Positions 19,054 to 30,248 of a stretch of 64,000 nt of DNA are shown piece by piece; within the stretch, counting starts at the first letter, position 1, and each line of letters opens with the position of its first letter. The notes below the pieces were generated by a model. It searched no databases, was not told the origin of the DNA, and saw nothing but the letters and a program-made list of their open reading frames with translations. The translations under genes were made by a program, and so were the position numbers. The stretch is from a virus (lineage: Duplodnaviria > Caudoviricetes): IMG/VR virus record IMGVR_UViG_3300036453_000006, positions 1,022 through 65,021 of that record; one strand, written 5' to 3'.

Positions 19054-19875
19054 TTATAATCCTCCGTATTTAGTCGTGTATTCGATCGTGTATGGAATCG
19101 CTGCTCCAGCAACAACTACTCGAATATTATTTACTCCGGGTAGCATTTCAATCCAGTTAGAATATGGCGAGACGCCATACAAGATTGACGTAGCAACGCC
19201 CGATCGGATTAGAGTTGCACCCTTGAACCCTGCGGATGTATCAATCTCAACCACGTCTCCGGCAATGAGTGACGTTAGAAACTCAAGAGATCGAATAGCG
19301 TTATCGGCTGATCGGTTGAAGATTGTAAAACCTACAATGCTACGGTTTACATTGATTCGGAATTTAATACCCGATTCAACAGTGCCGTCGTAATCAACGG
19401 CCTTCTCGATACTGCCTGTAGTTGTAGATGTACTAATTACTACCGGGGTTGAGTCATAAAAATCCGGATTGAAGCATAAGAGTGACATCTTCGCTTCCGG
19501 TTCTTTGGCAAACAATGGTGCCTCAAATGACTCAACCCGGCCCGAAATATCTACAGTTGGGAAATCATCGCTGAAGAACCGAAAATCGACATTCGACTTT
19601 GGCATAAAATGACCGTATAGACGACTTCTTAGTGCCTTAACAGACTGTGCGACATAGTCGGGCTCAAGACCCAGTGTAAATATCAAATTTCGTTTCTCTC
19701 TGCGAGATGACTGATATTGCTCGCCATCCAGATTTGCAAAGCTTGAAGAAACGAGTGTTGCTTTCACTGGGTCCAAGCCCTCGATATCCTGAATGATAAA
19801 TCCTTCAGAAACATCCATCAGGGGGAGTGTCAACAGTACTCCCTGGTCGTTACGAGCCTCAACTTTAGTTAGCAC
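19054..19875 (-). CDS. distal tail protein (Dit)
   Basis: Directly after tape measure; IEGLDPVKA...DG..YQSSRREKRN, C.NPDFY, LPGVNNI. Confidence 0.8.
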   Translation of the reverse strand: MLTKVEARNDQGVLLTLPLMDVSEGFIIQDIEGLDPVKATLVSSSFANLDGEQYQSSRREKRNLIFTLGLEPDYVAQSVKALRSRLYGHFMPKSNVDFRFFSDDFPTVDISGRVESFEAPLFAKEPEAKMSLLCFNPDFYDSTPVVISTSTTTGSIEKAVDYDGTVESGIKFRINVNRSIVGFTIFNRSADNAIRSLEFLTSLIAGDVVEIDTSAGFKGATLIRSGVATSILYGVSPYSNWIEMLPGVNNIRVVVAGAAIPYTIEYTTKYGGL

Positions 19876-22800
19876 TAGTTGTCAATCCCTTCTTAACTGT
19901 AGATAGTTGGTTCTTAGTGTTTCGATATACGTCCGCAGCATTAATTGCCTTAGGCGAGTTGTTATACTGAGTGTAGTTAACCGTTGTTCCAGAAGAGGTT
20001 TCTTCTGTAGTTTTCGGCGCAGTTTCCTGCTGCTCTTGTGCCAGAACCGTAGCCCGGGCATAAGAACCTTGTACATCCAGTGTCGGTGGAGTAAGCAGTC
20101 CTGAAATGAGTGCTGCGTTTTCTTGGATCTTTGACAGGTCCAATACTGGAGTAATCGTGGGGTTGAAGTCCATGTTATCCGAAAGGATACCACTTGCTCC
20201 AGACATAGCCTTTGATAGCGCACTAAGTGCAGCCTTGGCCACAGTTGTTGACGCATCCTCTACCACATTCATGTGATCGAGTTGACCGTTAGCCATACCC
20301 TCGTCGTTCCAGACACCAATCTTGTAGTACTCCTTTGACGGAGACGCAACTCCAAGAGCCTTCTTAGACGCAGAAAGCGCCTGTTGTGCAACGGTTCTAG
20401 CAGCACTAGTAACCAAGTAGCTGCCGTCGTTTAGTCCATTACGCATACCAACCACAATTGCGGTACCAATACTATGTCCTGAAGACTTCATGGCACCTTG
20501 ACCGGAAGAAAGTCCCCCGGCAACTGTACCAATTATTGCGGACACAACTTGCGATGCAGCTTGCTTAATGGGATCAACCGAGTTAACTACTCCCATTTTG
20601 AAGGTATTCATACTTGTAGCTGAGGTTGATGCCATGGTAGCAAATGCTTGAGGAACCAGCATTATAACCGCGATCATCTGAGCTATGATGGTAGAAGTAA
20701 TCTGCATAACCTTAGCAAATGTAGCAAGAGAACTACTCGCTGTAGTTGCTGAGCCTGAAAGCTTGTTGAGACCCGAAGCTGTGCTGTTAACTCCTTCGCC
20801 CGCCTGTCCGGCTGAGCCTGCCAGCTTAGTAATAGCACTAGCAATGGAGTTCATCTCACCAACGTGTGCCGACAGCTTTGTAACGGCCTTAGCCATAACG
20901 GTCATGGCTAGTGATCCGAGGGTTGCCCCGGCAGCAAGCAGTAGGAGTGCCATACCGACGCTCATAAGTCCCACGCCGGCCAGTAGTGCACCGACACCGA
21001 GGACCGTTAGGCCACCGCCGAGCACTAGGAACGCGGCACCGAGGATGCCCATACCGATCGCCTTACCGATAAGTTTCATCAAAGCGTTGACGACTGCAAT
21101 AGTAGCCGTTGCTCCGATGATACCTACCGCACCGATCAATGTCAGGGCTACACCGAGCAGCAATAGTCCGGCAGCAAGAACGAGAATTCCAGCGCCAGCA
21201 ATTGCCGCACCAATACCAAACACCAATAGTCCGGCACCGACCAATAGGAATTCAGGAACCAGATCACTAACTACCTTGATCGCATCACCAAGAATCTTAA
21301 GTCCACCCGCGGCAAGTACTGCTGCAGGACCAAAGAGTGCGAGTCCGATCGAGAATACAACCATCGCTGCAGCCATAAGCATAATGCCAACACCCGCGGC
21401 TGCCAGTGCTATACCCACAAGGAACATGAGCGGAATAAGCGGTGTAAGGATCAACGTGATTACAGCCATCGTTAGAATAGCCGCAACAAGTGCTACTAGA
21501 CCCTGAACCACCATGTCAAATGGCATACTCCCAAGAATGAATACCGCTGCTGATAGGATAATCAATGCTGCGGCCACAATGAGTGTTGCTGCTGCTCCGA
21601 CCAACGTTCCAGTCATGAGATACATTGTTCCTGCTAGAACTGCAAGCATGATAGTGATCGCAGCCAAACCCTGAACCAATACGTCAATAGGTAGCATACC
21701 CAGTGCTACAACAGCAGTTACTAGGATATTCATAGCGACTGCCATAGCCAATAGCGCAGCTGCGGCAGCAAACGTTGCGGCGTTGTTGACTGACATCAGT
21801 AGGATTGCTCCAACCAATAGACCCAACATAATAGCCATTACTGAGATACCCTGGATAAGAACCGGTAGTGGTACTAGTCCCAGGATCATAACTGCCCCAA
21901 CAAGCACGGATATAGCTGCAGCGATTGCTACAAGGGCTGCGGCTGCGGCGAATGTTGCTGCGTTGTTAATCGATAGAAGCATAATCGCGCCAACGAGTCC
22001 CGCAAGAATCAACCCCATACCCCAAAGACCCTGAATCATCTGATCCATAGGCATATTACCCAGAATAAGAACCGCAGTAGCCATAGTCAAGAGTGCCAGG
22101 GCCAAGGATGTAATAACCAATGAAACCATCGGTAGGTCATCCTTGATCTTTGACAGAAGCATTGCTGCTCCGACCAGAGAATATAGCATTACAATGAGCG
22201 CACCAGTACTTGCCGCCATCTTATCCATGTCCAGTGCAGCCAATTTAGCAACCGCTGAGGCCATGATAAGTAGTGCGACAGATAGGACTACCAGGATTAC
22301 CGAGAGCTTTGCAATCTTGCCTGTTTCGTCATCATCAATGAATTTCTCCATCAACTTCAACGCTCCAACCAAGGCCACAACTGTCGACGCCATAGCAGCA
22401 ACCGCGGGTCCAAGATTGTTAGGATTAACCTGTGATAGAGCTACCAAAGCAATTGCCAACAGACCAATGGCGATAGCAATCTTAATAAGCGCTCCAGCCT
22501 TTACATCCTGCTGGAAAGCCTTGAATACACCTCCTAGTTCGCCAAACATGTCAGTAAAGGTTTCAAGGAAGCCTGATGCCTGATCAAAGTATTTCTTGAT
22601 CGATAGAATAATCAGTGCGAGGAATCCGGTGTTAATACCTGCGATGACTGCGTTCCAGTCAATCTCACCGAAGCCCTTTTCAATACCCTTACCCAGACCT
22701 TTAAGTCCGTCACCCATACCCTTGACCAGTGGGGCTACAAACTCCCAAACCTTCTTGAAGAAGTCTACAACTCTACCCCAGACATCGGCAGCGTTGTCAC

Positions 22801-24469
22801 CCATACCAATAAGACCACTAAACGCGCCTCGAGCCTTACTGGCCCACTCTGACGGATCACCCTTCATGAGTTTAGCAAATGCGTCAGACAACCAATTGAT
22901 TCCGGCAATCAGAGGATCAATAGCATACGTTGTCAACCATGCTAGAACTGAGGTAAGATCAAAGAATTTACCGGTAGATTTTGCGGCGGCGTCATCACCA
23001 AGAGTTAGTGCTGAGATAAAGTCAATGATCGGACCCAACAACCCAAGGAATGCGCCTCCTATTTTGAAGATCGTTCCAACTAGAAAAGCTCCGACTTCAA
23101 CTAGTGTACTAATTACATCGAAGACTACCTTAAGTACAGTGAACACAATCTTGGAAACGTCGTGAAGTCGCTGTTGACCATCGGCAGATAGAATCAACCC
23201 GGCCGTAAAGTCACGAATTGCACCAGAGATCTTGGCCAGAGTTGCGCCCAGTGTTGGTGGGAATACTTCGCCCCATGCTTGCTTGATTGGGTTGAGTACA
23301 CCATCAAGCGCATCGAAGACGTTTACTAATGACTGGACAATCGCATCACGACCACCCATGTCCTTCCAGATTTGCAATTGAGCATTTCGGGATTCGTTGG
23401 ACTGGTCTGTAAACTTACCAACGCGGTTAGTAAGCATAGTAAAGAGAGACGTTGCTTCGGTAACATTACCCAACATCAGCTCAAACGAGTCAGTCCATCC
23501 GGTACCCGCACCGGCCGCAAGCGTCTCCATCATCATAGGGAGGCTCTTAACGTTCTGTGCGGCGGCTAGCGCTTTCTTACCAATCTCGGTAGTAGCATCA
23601 CCATAGTCACCCATTACTCCAAGGATGACATCCGACGATGCCCAACCCTCAGAGAGGTTCTCGTTAAATAGCTGAGCCATGTTGGACGCAGTTCCGGCTT
23701 TCATACCAACAACGTGATATGCTCCACCGCCGACGTCCTCAAGCGTACCAGCAGCTACACCCGCAGCCACCATGTTGTTCTTCCACTCCTCCGTAGCTAC
23801 GTTCGCAAGGTTTAGCGACTTGTAGTCTGTGGTGGTGAGGAAGCCTCCCGCAATACTCTGAGAGAGGTTGTACATGGCAATACCGGCAGCATCGGCACCC
23901 TGACCAGCGAGAGCCACCATGTTGGCGATACCCTGAATGGCTGGTACTGACTTATCCATGTCCACGCCGGCGTTAGTGAACTTCGCAAACGCCCCTGTCA
24001 TGTCTGTCAGGTTGAATACAGTCTTGTCCGCATAGGTGTCAAGGGTCTTGAAATAGCCGTTAACCGTAGCAATGTCTGCACCCGTGGCATTCATGATGGT
24101 TTGGACAGAACCCAACTTCAGGTTGTAGTCCGAGAAGCCGTCACGAAGCGCTGAAGTAGCACTGGCTCCAAGCTTCTGACCAATGTTAATGGCTAGCGCA
24201 GTGACCTGTGTACCAATAGCGGCAAGTGCACCAAGAGCCACAGCCTGCATACCAGAGAATCGTGTAGCGAGATTATCAACCGAGTTAGACAAACCACCGA
24301 GGTTGAAGTTCTTTCCCGCGTCGTCAAGACCTTGAAGTCCCTTTGTAACCCCATCCAGATTAAGCGCAGACTTCAGTTTATCGAGTGAGGATATAGAATC
24401 GGCTGTGCCTTTTGCAAACTGATTATTGTCAAACTTCATTTCGACGACGCGTTCGTCAATACTACTCAT
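19865..24469 (-). CDS. tape measure protein
   Basis: About 1534 aa from MSSIDERVVEMKFDN; long Ala/Gly/hydrophobic helical repeats. Confidence 0.92.
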   Translation of the reverse strand: MSSIDERVVEMKFDNNQFAKGTADSISSLDKLKSALNLDGVTKGLQGLDDAGKNFNLGGLSNSVDNLATRFSGMQAVALGALAAIGTQVTALAINIGQKLGASATSALRDGFSDYNLKLGSVQTIMNATGADIATVNGYFKTLDTYADKTVFNLTDMTGAFAKFTNAGVDMDKSVPAIQGIANMVALAGQGADAAGIAMYNLSQSIAGGFLTTTDYKSLNLANVATEEWKNNMVAAGVAAGTLEDVGGGAYHVVGMKAGTASNMAQLFNENLSEGWASSDVILGVMGDYGDATTEIGKKALAAAQNVKSLPMMMETLAAGAGTGWTDSFELMLGNVTEATSLFTMLTNRVGKFTDQSNESRNAQLQIWKDMGGRDAIVQSLVNVFDALDGVLNPIKQAWGEVFPPTLGATLAKISGAIRDFTAGLILSADGQQRLHDVSKIVFTVLKVVFDVISTLVEVGAFLVGTIFKIGGAFLGLLGPIIDFISALTLGDDAAAKSTGKFFDLTSVLAWLTTYAIDPLIAGINWLSDAFAKLMKGDPSEWASKARGAFSGLIGMGDNAADVWGRVVDFFKKVWEFVAPLVKGMGDGLKGLGKGIEKGFGEIDWNAVIAGINTGFLALIILSIKKYFDQASGFLETFTDMFGELGGVFKAFQQDVKAGALIKIAIAIGLLAIALVALSQVNPNNLGPAVAAMASTVVALVGALKLMEKFIDDDETGKIAKLSVILVVLSVALLIMASAVAKLAALDMDKMAASTGALIVMLYSLVGAAMLLSKIKDDLPMVSLVITSLALALLTMATAVLILGNMPMDQMIQGLWGMGLILAGLVGAIMLLSINNAATFAAAAALVAIAAAISVLVGAVMILGLVPLPVLIQGISVMAIMLGLLVGAILLMSVNNAATFAAAAALLAMAVAMNILVTAVVALGMLPIDVLVQGLAAITIMLAVLAGTMYLMTGTLVGAAATLIVAAALIILSAAVFILGSMPFDMVVQGLVALVAAILTMAVITLILTPLIPLMFLVGIALAAAGVGIMLMAAAMVVFSIGLALFGPAAVLAAGGLKILGDAIKVVSDLVPEFLLVGAGLLVFGIGAAIAGAGILVLAAGLLLLGVALTLIGAVGIIGATATIAVVNALMKLIGKAIGMGILGAAFLVLGGGLTVLGVGALLAGVGLMSVGMALLLLAAGATLGSLAMTVMAKAVTKLSAHVGEMNSIASAITKLAGSAGQAGEGVNSTASGLNKLSGSATTASSSLATFAKVMQITSTIIAQMIAVIMLVPQAFATMASTSATSMNTFKMGVVNSVDPIKQAASQVVSAIIGTVAGGLSSGQGAMKSSGHSIGTAIVVGMRNGLNDGSYLVTSAARTVAQQALSASKKALGVASPSKEYYKIGVWNDEGMANGQLDHMNVVEDASTTVAKAALSALSKAMSGASGILSDNMDFNPTITPVLDLSKIQENAALISGLLTPPTLDVQGSYARATVLAQEQQETAPKTTEETSSGTTVNYTQYNNSPKAINAADVYRNTKNQLSTVKKGLTTSAN

Positions 24470-24843
24470 GCTGAAGTCACCGCCTTCCATACTTGATCTG
24501 CAATTTTAGCGAATGTGGGTTTTAATGCTGGGTTGATATAGTCGCGACCTTGAATATAACCACCGGTTCCGGTTCCGTGACCGTACTGCAATATAATGGC
24601 AATAGGTACACCGTTAACAACATGAGTGTTAGTCCAGGTAATTGTGGTTACTGAATTCTTTTGAGTTATGTCGTAACTCCAAGATCTGGCAGTTTCGCCA
24701 GAGTCAATAGGGGTAGCTGCCGATAGAGCTGCAACACCTACTCGAGCCCAAGAATCAAGGGTTCCGTAAAGATTTCCTTTATTTAGAAAGGAGAGGAACT
24801 TTTCGGTCTTATCAAAGGAGCCTTTTTGTTTAAACGTGATCAT
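24466..24843 (-). CDS. HK97 gp10-like tail component
   Basis: ATPIDSGETARSW...YGHGT..GG...GRDYINPAL. Confidence 0.75.
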   Translation of the reverse strand: MITFKQKGSFDKTEKFLSFLNKGNLYGTLDSWARVGVAALSAATPIDSGETARSWSYDITQKNSVTTITWTNTHVVNGVPIAIILQYGHGTGTGGYIQGRDYINPALKPTFAKIADQVWKAVTSA

Positions 24844-24863
24844 GAAAGCTCCTCTCCTTTAGT

Positions 24864-25133
24864 TTATGCAGGTGTTGGTTCTACAGGTGTTGGTTCTACT
24901 ACTGGTTCTTTAGGGACCGGTATAGGTGCTTCGACCGTTGTTGGGACCGGCTCGACTATGGGTTCTACTTCACCTAACGGTGTGTCGTTATACGTGAGGT
25001 AGAAATCTGCCAAACTCATAACCGCACAGACCATACCGTATGGTGCAGTTCGAACCTCAACCATCCCAGCAAGCGTAGGATCTTCGTCCAGGGGTATCAT
25101 TCGAGCTTCAAACCGCTCAGTTGACGAATACAT
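24864..25133 (-). CDS. small tail-module protein with Pro/Glu-rich tail
   Basis: 89-aa ORF, AAGGAG RBS. Confidence 0.55.
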   Translation of the reverse strand: MYSSTERFEARMIPLDEDPTLAGMVEVRTAPYGMVCAVMSLADFYLTYNDTPLGEVEPIVEPVPTTVEAPIPVPKEPVVEPTPVEPTPA

Positions 25134-25142
25134 TACTGCTCC

Positions 25143-26915
25143 TTACATTTGTGGGTTAAACATGATGTTATCAATTGAGAACCATGACGTGCTACCAATC
25201 GTAGGTATTACGTCACCGGTATACAGGATATCCAAACGGCCTAGTACGTCACCACTGAGTGATGGTAGAAGCAATCGCTGATTTGGTCTAACGCCGGCCG
25301 GTAATCTAAAGGCAATTGTACCCATGCCACCACCCACGATTAGTCCTCGAAGTTGCACTAAACCATCAGGTCGAAGCGCCCATTGTGCGGTTGGGAATGC
25401 GCCACCATAGTTACCCCAACCGTTCATAAAGCTGGTTATGGTATTCCATTCCAGGGTGTTACCTGCAGATGCATATTTGATTCCCGAGAGAACTACGCCA
25501 TTAGGTGAAACTCTAGGTCGGGTAGTGCCCGTTACTGCTGCGTTTACGACATAACCAATGCCGCCGCCGTAGCCCGTACCCAGTAGATGGCTTTCTGAAC
25601 CAGATGCACCCATTCCTGTATATCCAGCGGGCGCAGTCCAGGCGTTAGTGTTTAGGGTTCCTCCGTTAACCACTCCACTCAACGACACGATACCGTAAGC
25701 ATCTTTAGCGTATGATGCGGGCCCAAAAGCTCCCTGATCCGGGCTAACCCAAGGCGACACAAGCGACATTGGAATATACGAAAGATTCACATTGAACATG
25801 ATGCTACCAAACGTAACCCAGTTGCCGCCTCCTGCGATTGCACTACCGATGATGGTCACGACGCCGTTAGGAAAGACCTGCAATATAACGTTTGGTGACG
25901 ATGCTACTGCTGTAAAAAACATTTTGTATGGTGGTCGAAATCCAACTGGAAGTGTTGCCACGACCGTGTTCAATGCGCCATTACCACCACCAAACATACC
26001 AGCTGCTACAACCCAACCAGCGCTACTTTTTGTAACCGTTACAGGAGAATATGAGTCTATATCTGAGCTTTGTCGACTGTCATATCGCGTCCAGCCGTTT
26101 TGACCAGCCACCGGAATTTGTCTAAGATACTTTGGTTCTGAATTCTTGACGGCGATAATAGTCCATATATCGCCTGGAGTTCTAGATAGGATGACTGTGG
26201 CACCCTCAACAATATCAACATCATTTGCCGGAAGATATGCTGAAACGACACGGCCATCGGATAGCGTTACTTGGGGTCGTCCGAATGTCCAACCTGGAGC
26301 TACGGTACCTTCCCAGCTACGTGACTCGTTGATATCGATGTCCGTGGCAAGTCGATTCAATGTCACGGGGACGAGGTTGGCAGGCTTCGTCGTAGTTGCG
26401 CTATCAATATTAACCGTAGCGTTATTTCTAGCCAGAACAGTCATACCTTGAGTAAATACATACGAGGCGTAAAGCCCCCAGACCTCAAAGTGGTAAGTTC
26501 CTAACTGTCGAGTAAACAGGGATAGTGGCATATAAGAATCTTCAAGACCCATTCCCCAAGCGCGTACTGAAATATTATTATCGCCTCGTTGTGCCGCGTG
26601 AACTACGACTGTGGCACGTCGTTGAGTACCATAACCCCCGAGACCGCTGAGTATAAATTCAATATCAGCTCCGGCAAGTGCCGAGCGACCGTCTAGAATT
26701 GCCAGCCGTGAATAATGCGCGGTTCCTCCGGGAAAGCTACCAACCGGATATACTGGACTAGCCCCAGTAGGTCCAACGACGTTACCTGCGTCAATCTTGG
26801 TTCCATCACGCTTTGTGAGCTGCAGTCGCCCATTAACGTCTACTGCACCACTAGTTACAGTAGAGTTCTCAATGTCTAGCATTCGTTCTTTAGTTAAGCC
26901 GTTGACAATAGCCAT
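25143..26915 (-). CDS. tail fibre / receptor-binding protein
   Basis: 590 aa; about three C-terminal repeats of the W..Y...G.V.L.G...G...(LP.G.RP) module. Confidence 0.8.
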   Translation of the reverse strand: MAIVNGLTKERMLDIENSTVTSGAVDVNGRLQLTKRDGTKIDAGNVVGPTGASPVYPVGSFPGGTAHYSRLAILDGRSALAGADIEFILSGLGGYGTQRRATVVVHAAQRGDNNISVRAWGMGLEDSYMPLSLFTRQLGTYHFEVWGLYASYVFTQGMTVLARNNATVNIDSATTTKPANLVPVTLNRLATDIDINESRSWEGTVAPGWTFGRPQVTLSDGRVVSAYLPANDVDIVEGATVILSRTPGDIWTIIAVKNSEPKYLRQIPVAGQNGWTRYDSRQSSDIDSYSPVTVTKSSAGWVVAAGMFGGGNGALNTVVATLPVGFRPPYKMFFTAVASSPNVILQVFPNGVVTIIGSAIAGGGNWVTFGSIMFNVNLSYIPMSLVSPWVSPDQGAFGPASYAKDAYGIVSLSGVVNGGTLNTNAWTAPAGYTGMGASGSESHLLGTGYGGGIGYVVNAAVTGTTRPRVSPNGVVLSGIKYASAGNTLEWNTITSFMNGWGNYGGAFPTAQWALRPDGLVQLRGLIVGGGMGTIAFRLPAGVRPNQRLLLPSLSGDVLGRLDILYTGDVIPTIGSTSWFSIDNIMFNPQM

Positions 26916-26929
26916 GAGACCTCCTAGTT

Positions 26930-27703
26930 TTATAGTGATTTAATGGAATATGACGTTGAGTCAATATAGTTAGCTGACGGCCAGTCAATCTGGAAGGTTG
27001 TAGCGTCTAACATCTGAATTATAGAAGATGGACCTTCCGCAGACCAGGTACCATCCCCATAGTCAGTAATCTTTAATATAGCTGTATCTTCAAATATCTT
27101 AAGTAGCTCGATTACCGTTGGAAATTTAGGCTCCGTGGTATCTGTCCCGTATAACACGTCCTCTACTAGGGCTACTGACGTAAGATAAGCCTTAGCTGTA
27201 TCGATTACAAAGTGTGATGCGGGTTTAGCATCTGGGACTGGGTTTGGCGTAGTAGATATAGACCATGTAAACTCTTCAGCGCTTGACAAGCCATCTATAC
27301 TTAAATGATCTCGACTTGTAGGTTTTGCTAATGCGTTATACACTAGGTGGATCTTATAGTTATTATCGTTTAGGTCATTACTGGATCGTGTGCAATATGC
27401 TAGATTAAAAGTTTTTGGGGTTTGAGACCGTATTTGTAAATCGGAATAACCATCATAATCCTCGAACTCGACAGGATATGTGAATGCTGAAAGTTCAGCT
27501 AAATACACACCTAATTGGAGTTGAGTGTGAGCCTTCTGGCCGTCAATATAGGTTATACTCTGACTAGATTCATCTGTAGCTTCGTTGATCGAAACTATAC
27601 CGCTCCACGAGACACCGGGACCGACTTTAGGATATAGAACCCCTCGGTCGACCCCGGATTCATAGAAGCGAGAGCCAATGTCATCCCAACTAAGTTTTGT
27701 CAT
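26930..27703 (-). CDS. major-tail-protein paralog 3
   Basis: MTKLSWD..G.RFYESGVDRGVLY...YKIHLVYNA. Confidence 0.8.
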   Translation of the reverse strand: MTKLSWDDIGSRFYESGVDRGVLYPKVGPGVSWSGIVSINEATDESSQSITYIDGQKAHTQLQLGVYLAELSAFTYPVEFEDYDGYSDLQIRSQTPKTFNLAYCTRSSNDLNDNNYKIHLVYNALAKPTSRDHLSIDGLSSAEEFTWSISTTPNPVPDAKPASHFVIDTAKAYLTSVALVEDVLYGTDTTEPKFPTVIELLKIFEDTAILKITDYGDGTWSAEGPSSIIQMLDATTFQIDWPSANYIDSTSYSIKSL

Positions 27704-27732
27704 TGTATACCCTCTCCTATATAATATCTACG

Positions 27733-30237
27733 CTATATACCCAAGGGTATTAAACCCTTATTTTGCCAAACGCCGTCAACAAAGACCCATAGCTCATTAG
27801 ACATCAAGTTAGCGTCTCCGTTTTGACTGTTTGCAGATAGTTCAGTGAAATGTTTGAACGATGAAGTTGACTGATGTGGTGTACCATCCCAGACAGTTTG
27901 GACTACCTGGTTTTTATAAATTACATCCTCAGCACCGTCAAAATATCCAGTAGTGTAGTCGCCCTCAACAAGCATAAGCTTATCCCACCAAATATCAACA
28001 CTACCTTCTACCCCTCCATGATATAGTCGTATAACATTGTATCCAGCAAGTGAATCCAGTGTGGTGAATTTGAAGCTGAGTTCGTATACGCCTGCAGCAT
28101 TGGGTGCTTGAGCACTAAACGGTCGTGCTTGGGAGATACCGTTTAGATGTACAAATATAGATCGGGCCTGACCACTGAGGGTACCCGTCTGTTCAGCAAT
28201 TAGTCGAGCGGTAGCTAAGATCGTATATGTAGTGTTTAACTTAAGGGTTGCTCGAATAGCTTCGCTACTAAATATGTCAACTCTGCTGTCACTACTAGCT
28301 TGATTGGCTTTTAGTCGAATAGACGAATATCCGTTAACGCTCCAATCTACGGATCTAAGTACCGCGGTATTCCCACTTAAAGTACTAAATGGCATTAGCG
28401 TATACTGCAGACTTATGCTAGCATTTGAAAGCCCTCCCCATAGATTAAAAACATCGTTTCCAGCTATGGTGGTGCCATCAAAATATGGACCTGGTAAAAT
28501 ACCAATTGCAAATACTTCTTTGGCAAAAGCTTCTGTGATCATGATGCCTGTTGACCCAGCTGGTAATTGCATACCAAAGGCCATACTAGTACCACCTGTA
28601 CCCACACTGGCTTTAGCTTGGAGTACAATTTCGCCACTAGACGGTATGACGCCGCTAGCTGAGCCTGCAAAAGCGCCTACTACGTTATCGGTATTTCCTA
28701 ACGAAACCGTGACGCCAACGGGACCTCGTACTCGCATCCCAATAGAATAGAATCTACCAACAACGCCTGGAAATTGAGCATAGGTGTGTGTGCCACCAGG
28801 CGCGTTTACCCACCATTTACCGTTAGCCTCAGTACGAGTCATAGCCACGCCAGACACCCAACCTGTAGTGTCTACACTAACATTAGGGTTTGTGACTATG
28901 TTTCTACGAACCTCAGCAATTGCAGCCTTAGCAGTTGATGTTGAAGTACCTATCGCGGCGGTCCAGCCATAGTCGAAACCCAAAGAGTCTAGGATGGAGC
29001 CGTCGAAATATCCACCAATCGGATCTAGGGTTTTTTCAACAACACAACCGGTGACTAATACCCCATCAGAGGTAAGCGCCATACTACCATCAATTTTAGT
29101 TACCTCTAGAGTACCATACTCTAATGCTGCTAGACCAGAGCCTGTAGTTCTAATATAGGTCCAAACCCCACTAAATAATACAGTTTCGGCAAGATGTCCG
29201 TAGGTTGAAACCTTAAATCCGTCTTGTTCGGCCAGCACCCAAACACCTAAATGTCTTTGCGGTCCAGTGTTAGCCAAGGTGTCAATGTTATAAAAGCTAG
29301 CAATAGATGATTTACTTTGACCGTCTTGTAGGCTACTTCGCAAAGCACTAGTAATACCTAAAGGATGTGTTGGTATTCCACTAGTTAAAAATGTATCTTT
29401 GTGTATAGCGCCGTTATTTCGAAACCACCCATTACCGGCTAAAGCTCTTGGATTTGTGCTTAGATTAGTTCTAACAATGGTGGTACCTGGGTTGACTGAC
29501 TCAAAACTTGGATTTACAGCCTCATTAGTAATGGTGGTAAAGGCGCTTGCAAGCGACCCTATAAAATTGAGCGGCTCAACTAGGGCTAGTGACTTCCAGG
29601 TAGTAAACTGGGATATAATCTGCGCGGGCGTTGGGAGACTTGGAAGTAGTCCATTAGCGCCGTACAAATATCCTTCGAGAACCGCAAGGAGATCCGGATC
29701 TACTTTTCGGGAGTCTATAACCAGATGTGCTGTGGGCTTATAACCAAATGCAGCAGCTGGTGGGCGAGTTGAAATATCCCAACTAAGCTCTAGTGGATCT
29801 AGTGACTGAGTCATAGTGCTATTATCGCGGCCGGCAGGTGCTGCCAATGCGTTGTAGACTAGGTGGATTTTATACCCAAGACCAAGTCCTGTGAGGTCGT
29901 CGCCGATAAGCGTACGGTATGACAGACCAAAAGATTTTCGAGGCTGCTGAGTGACAAAAAGTCCTACCGCTAGCTGGACAGTACCATCACAGACCGAAAA
30001 CTCGGAAGGGCTAGAGAAAGCCTCAATTGATGCCTGAAATTCTTCAGCTGATGCAATATTGACATACTTAAACCCGTCGATGTAGTAGGGCTTAGGTTCT
30101 CCACCAGTGGGTGCCTCTTTAACAGCCTTAAGACCGTTCCATGAGACACCGGCTAGACCGGGAACATAAAGGACACCGCGATCTACGCCGGCCTCGAAGA
30201 AACGTTCTCCAGCGGCACCCCAAGTAAGCTTAGTCAT
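27733..30237 (-). CDS. major-tail-protein paralog 2 with long carbohydrate-binding-like extension
   Basis: MTKLTWGAAGERFFEAGVDRGVLY...YKIHLVYNA then about 600 aa with three NP...YFDG...W modules. Confidence 0.8.
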   Translation of the reverse strand: MTKLTWGAAGERFFEAGVDRGVLYVPGLAGVSWNGLKAVKEAPTGGEPKPYYIDGFKYVNIASAEEFQASIEAFSSPSEFSVCDGTVQLAVGLFVTQQPRKSFGLSYRTLIGDDLTGLGLGYKIHLVYNALAAPAGRDNSTMTQSLDPLELSWDISTRPPAAAFGYKPTAHLVIDSRKVDPDLLAVLEGYLYGANGLLPSLPTPAQIISQFTTWKSLALVEPLNFIGSLASAFTTITNEAVNPSFESVNPGTTIVRTNLSTNPRALAGNGWFRNNGAIHKDTFLTSGIPTHPLGITSALRSSLQDGQSKSSIASFYNIDTLANTGPQRHLGVWVLAEQDGFKVSTYGHLAETVLFSGVWTYIRTTGSGLAALEYGTLEVTKIDGSMALTSDGVLVTGCVVEKTLDPIGGYFDGSILDSLGFDYGWTAAIGTSTSTAKAAIAEVRRNIVTNPNVSVDTTGWVSGVAMTRTEANGKWWVNAPGGTHTYAQFPGVVGRFYSIGMRVRGPVGVTVSLGNTDNVVGAFAGSASGVIPSSGEIVLQAKASVGTGGTSMAFGMQLPAGSTGIMITEAFAKEVFAIGILPGPYFDGTTIAGNDVFNLWGGLSNASISLQYTLMPFSTLSGNTAVLRSVDWSVNGYSSIRLKANQASSDSRVDIFSSEAIRATLKLNTTYTILATARLIAEQTGTLSGQARSIFVHLNGISQARPFSAQAPNAAGVYELSFKFTTLDSLAGYNVIRLYHGGVEGSVDIWWDKLMLVEGDYTTGYFDGAEDVIYKNQVVQTVWDGTPHQSTSSFKHFTELSANSQNGDANLMSNELWVFVDGVWQNKGLIPLGI

Positions 30238-30248
30238 TAGATTCCCTC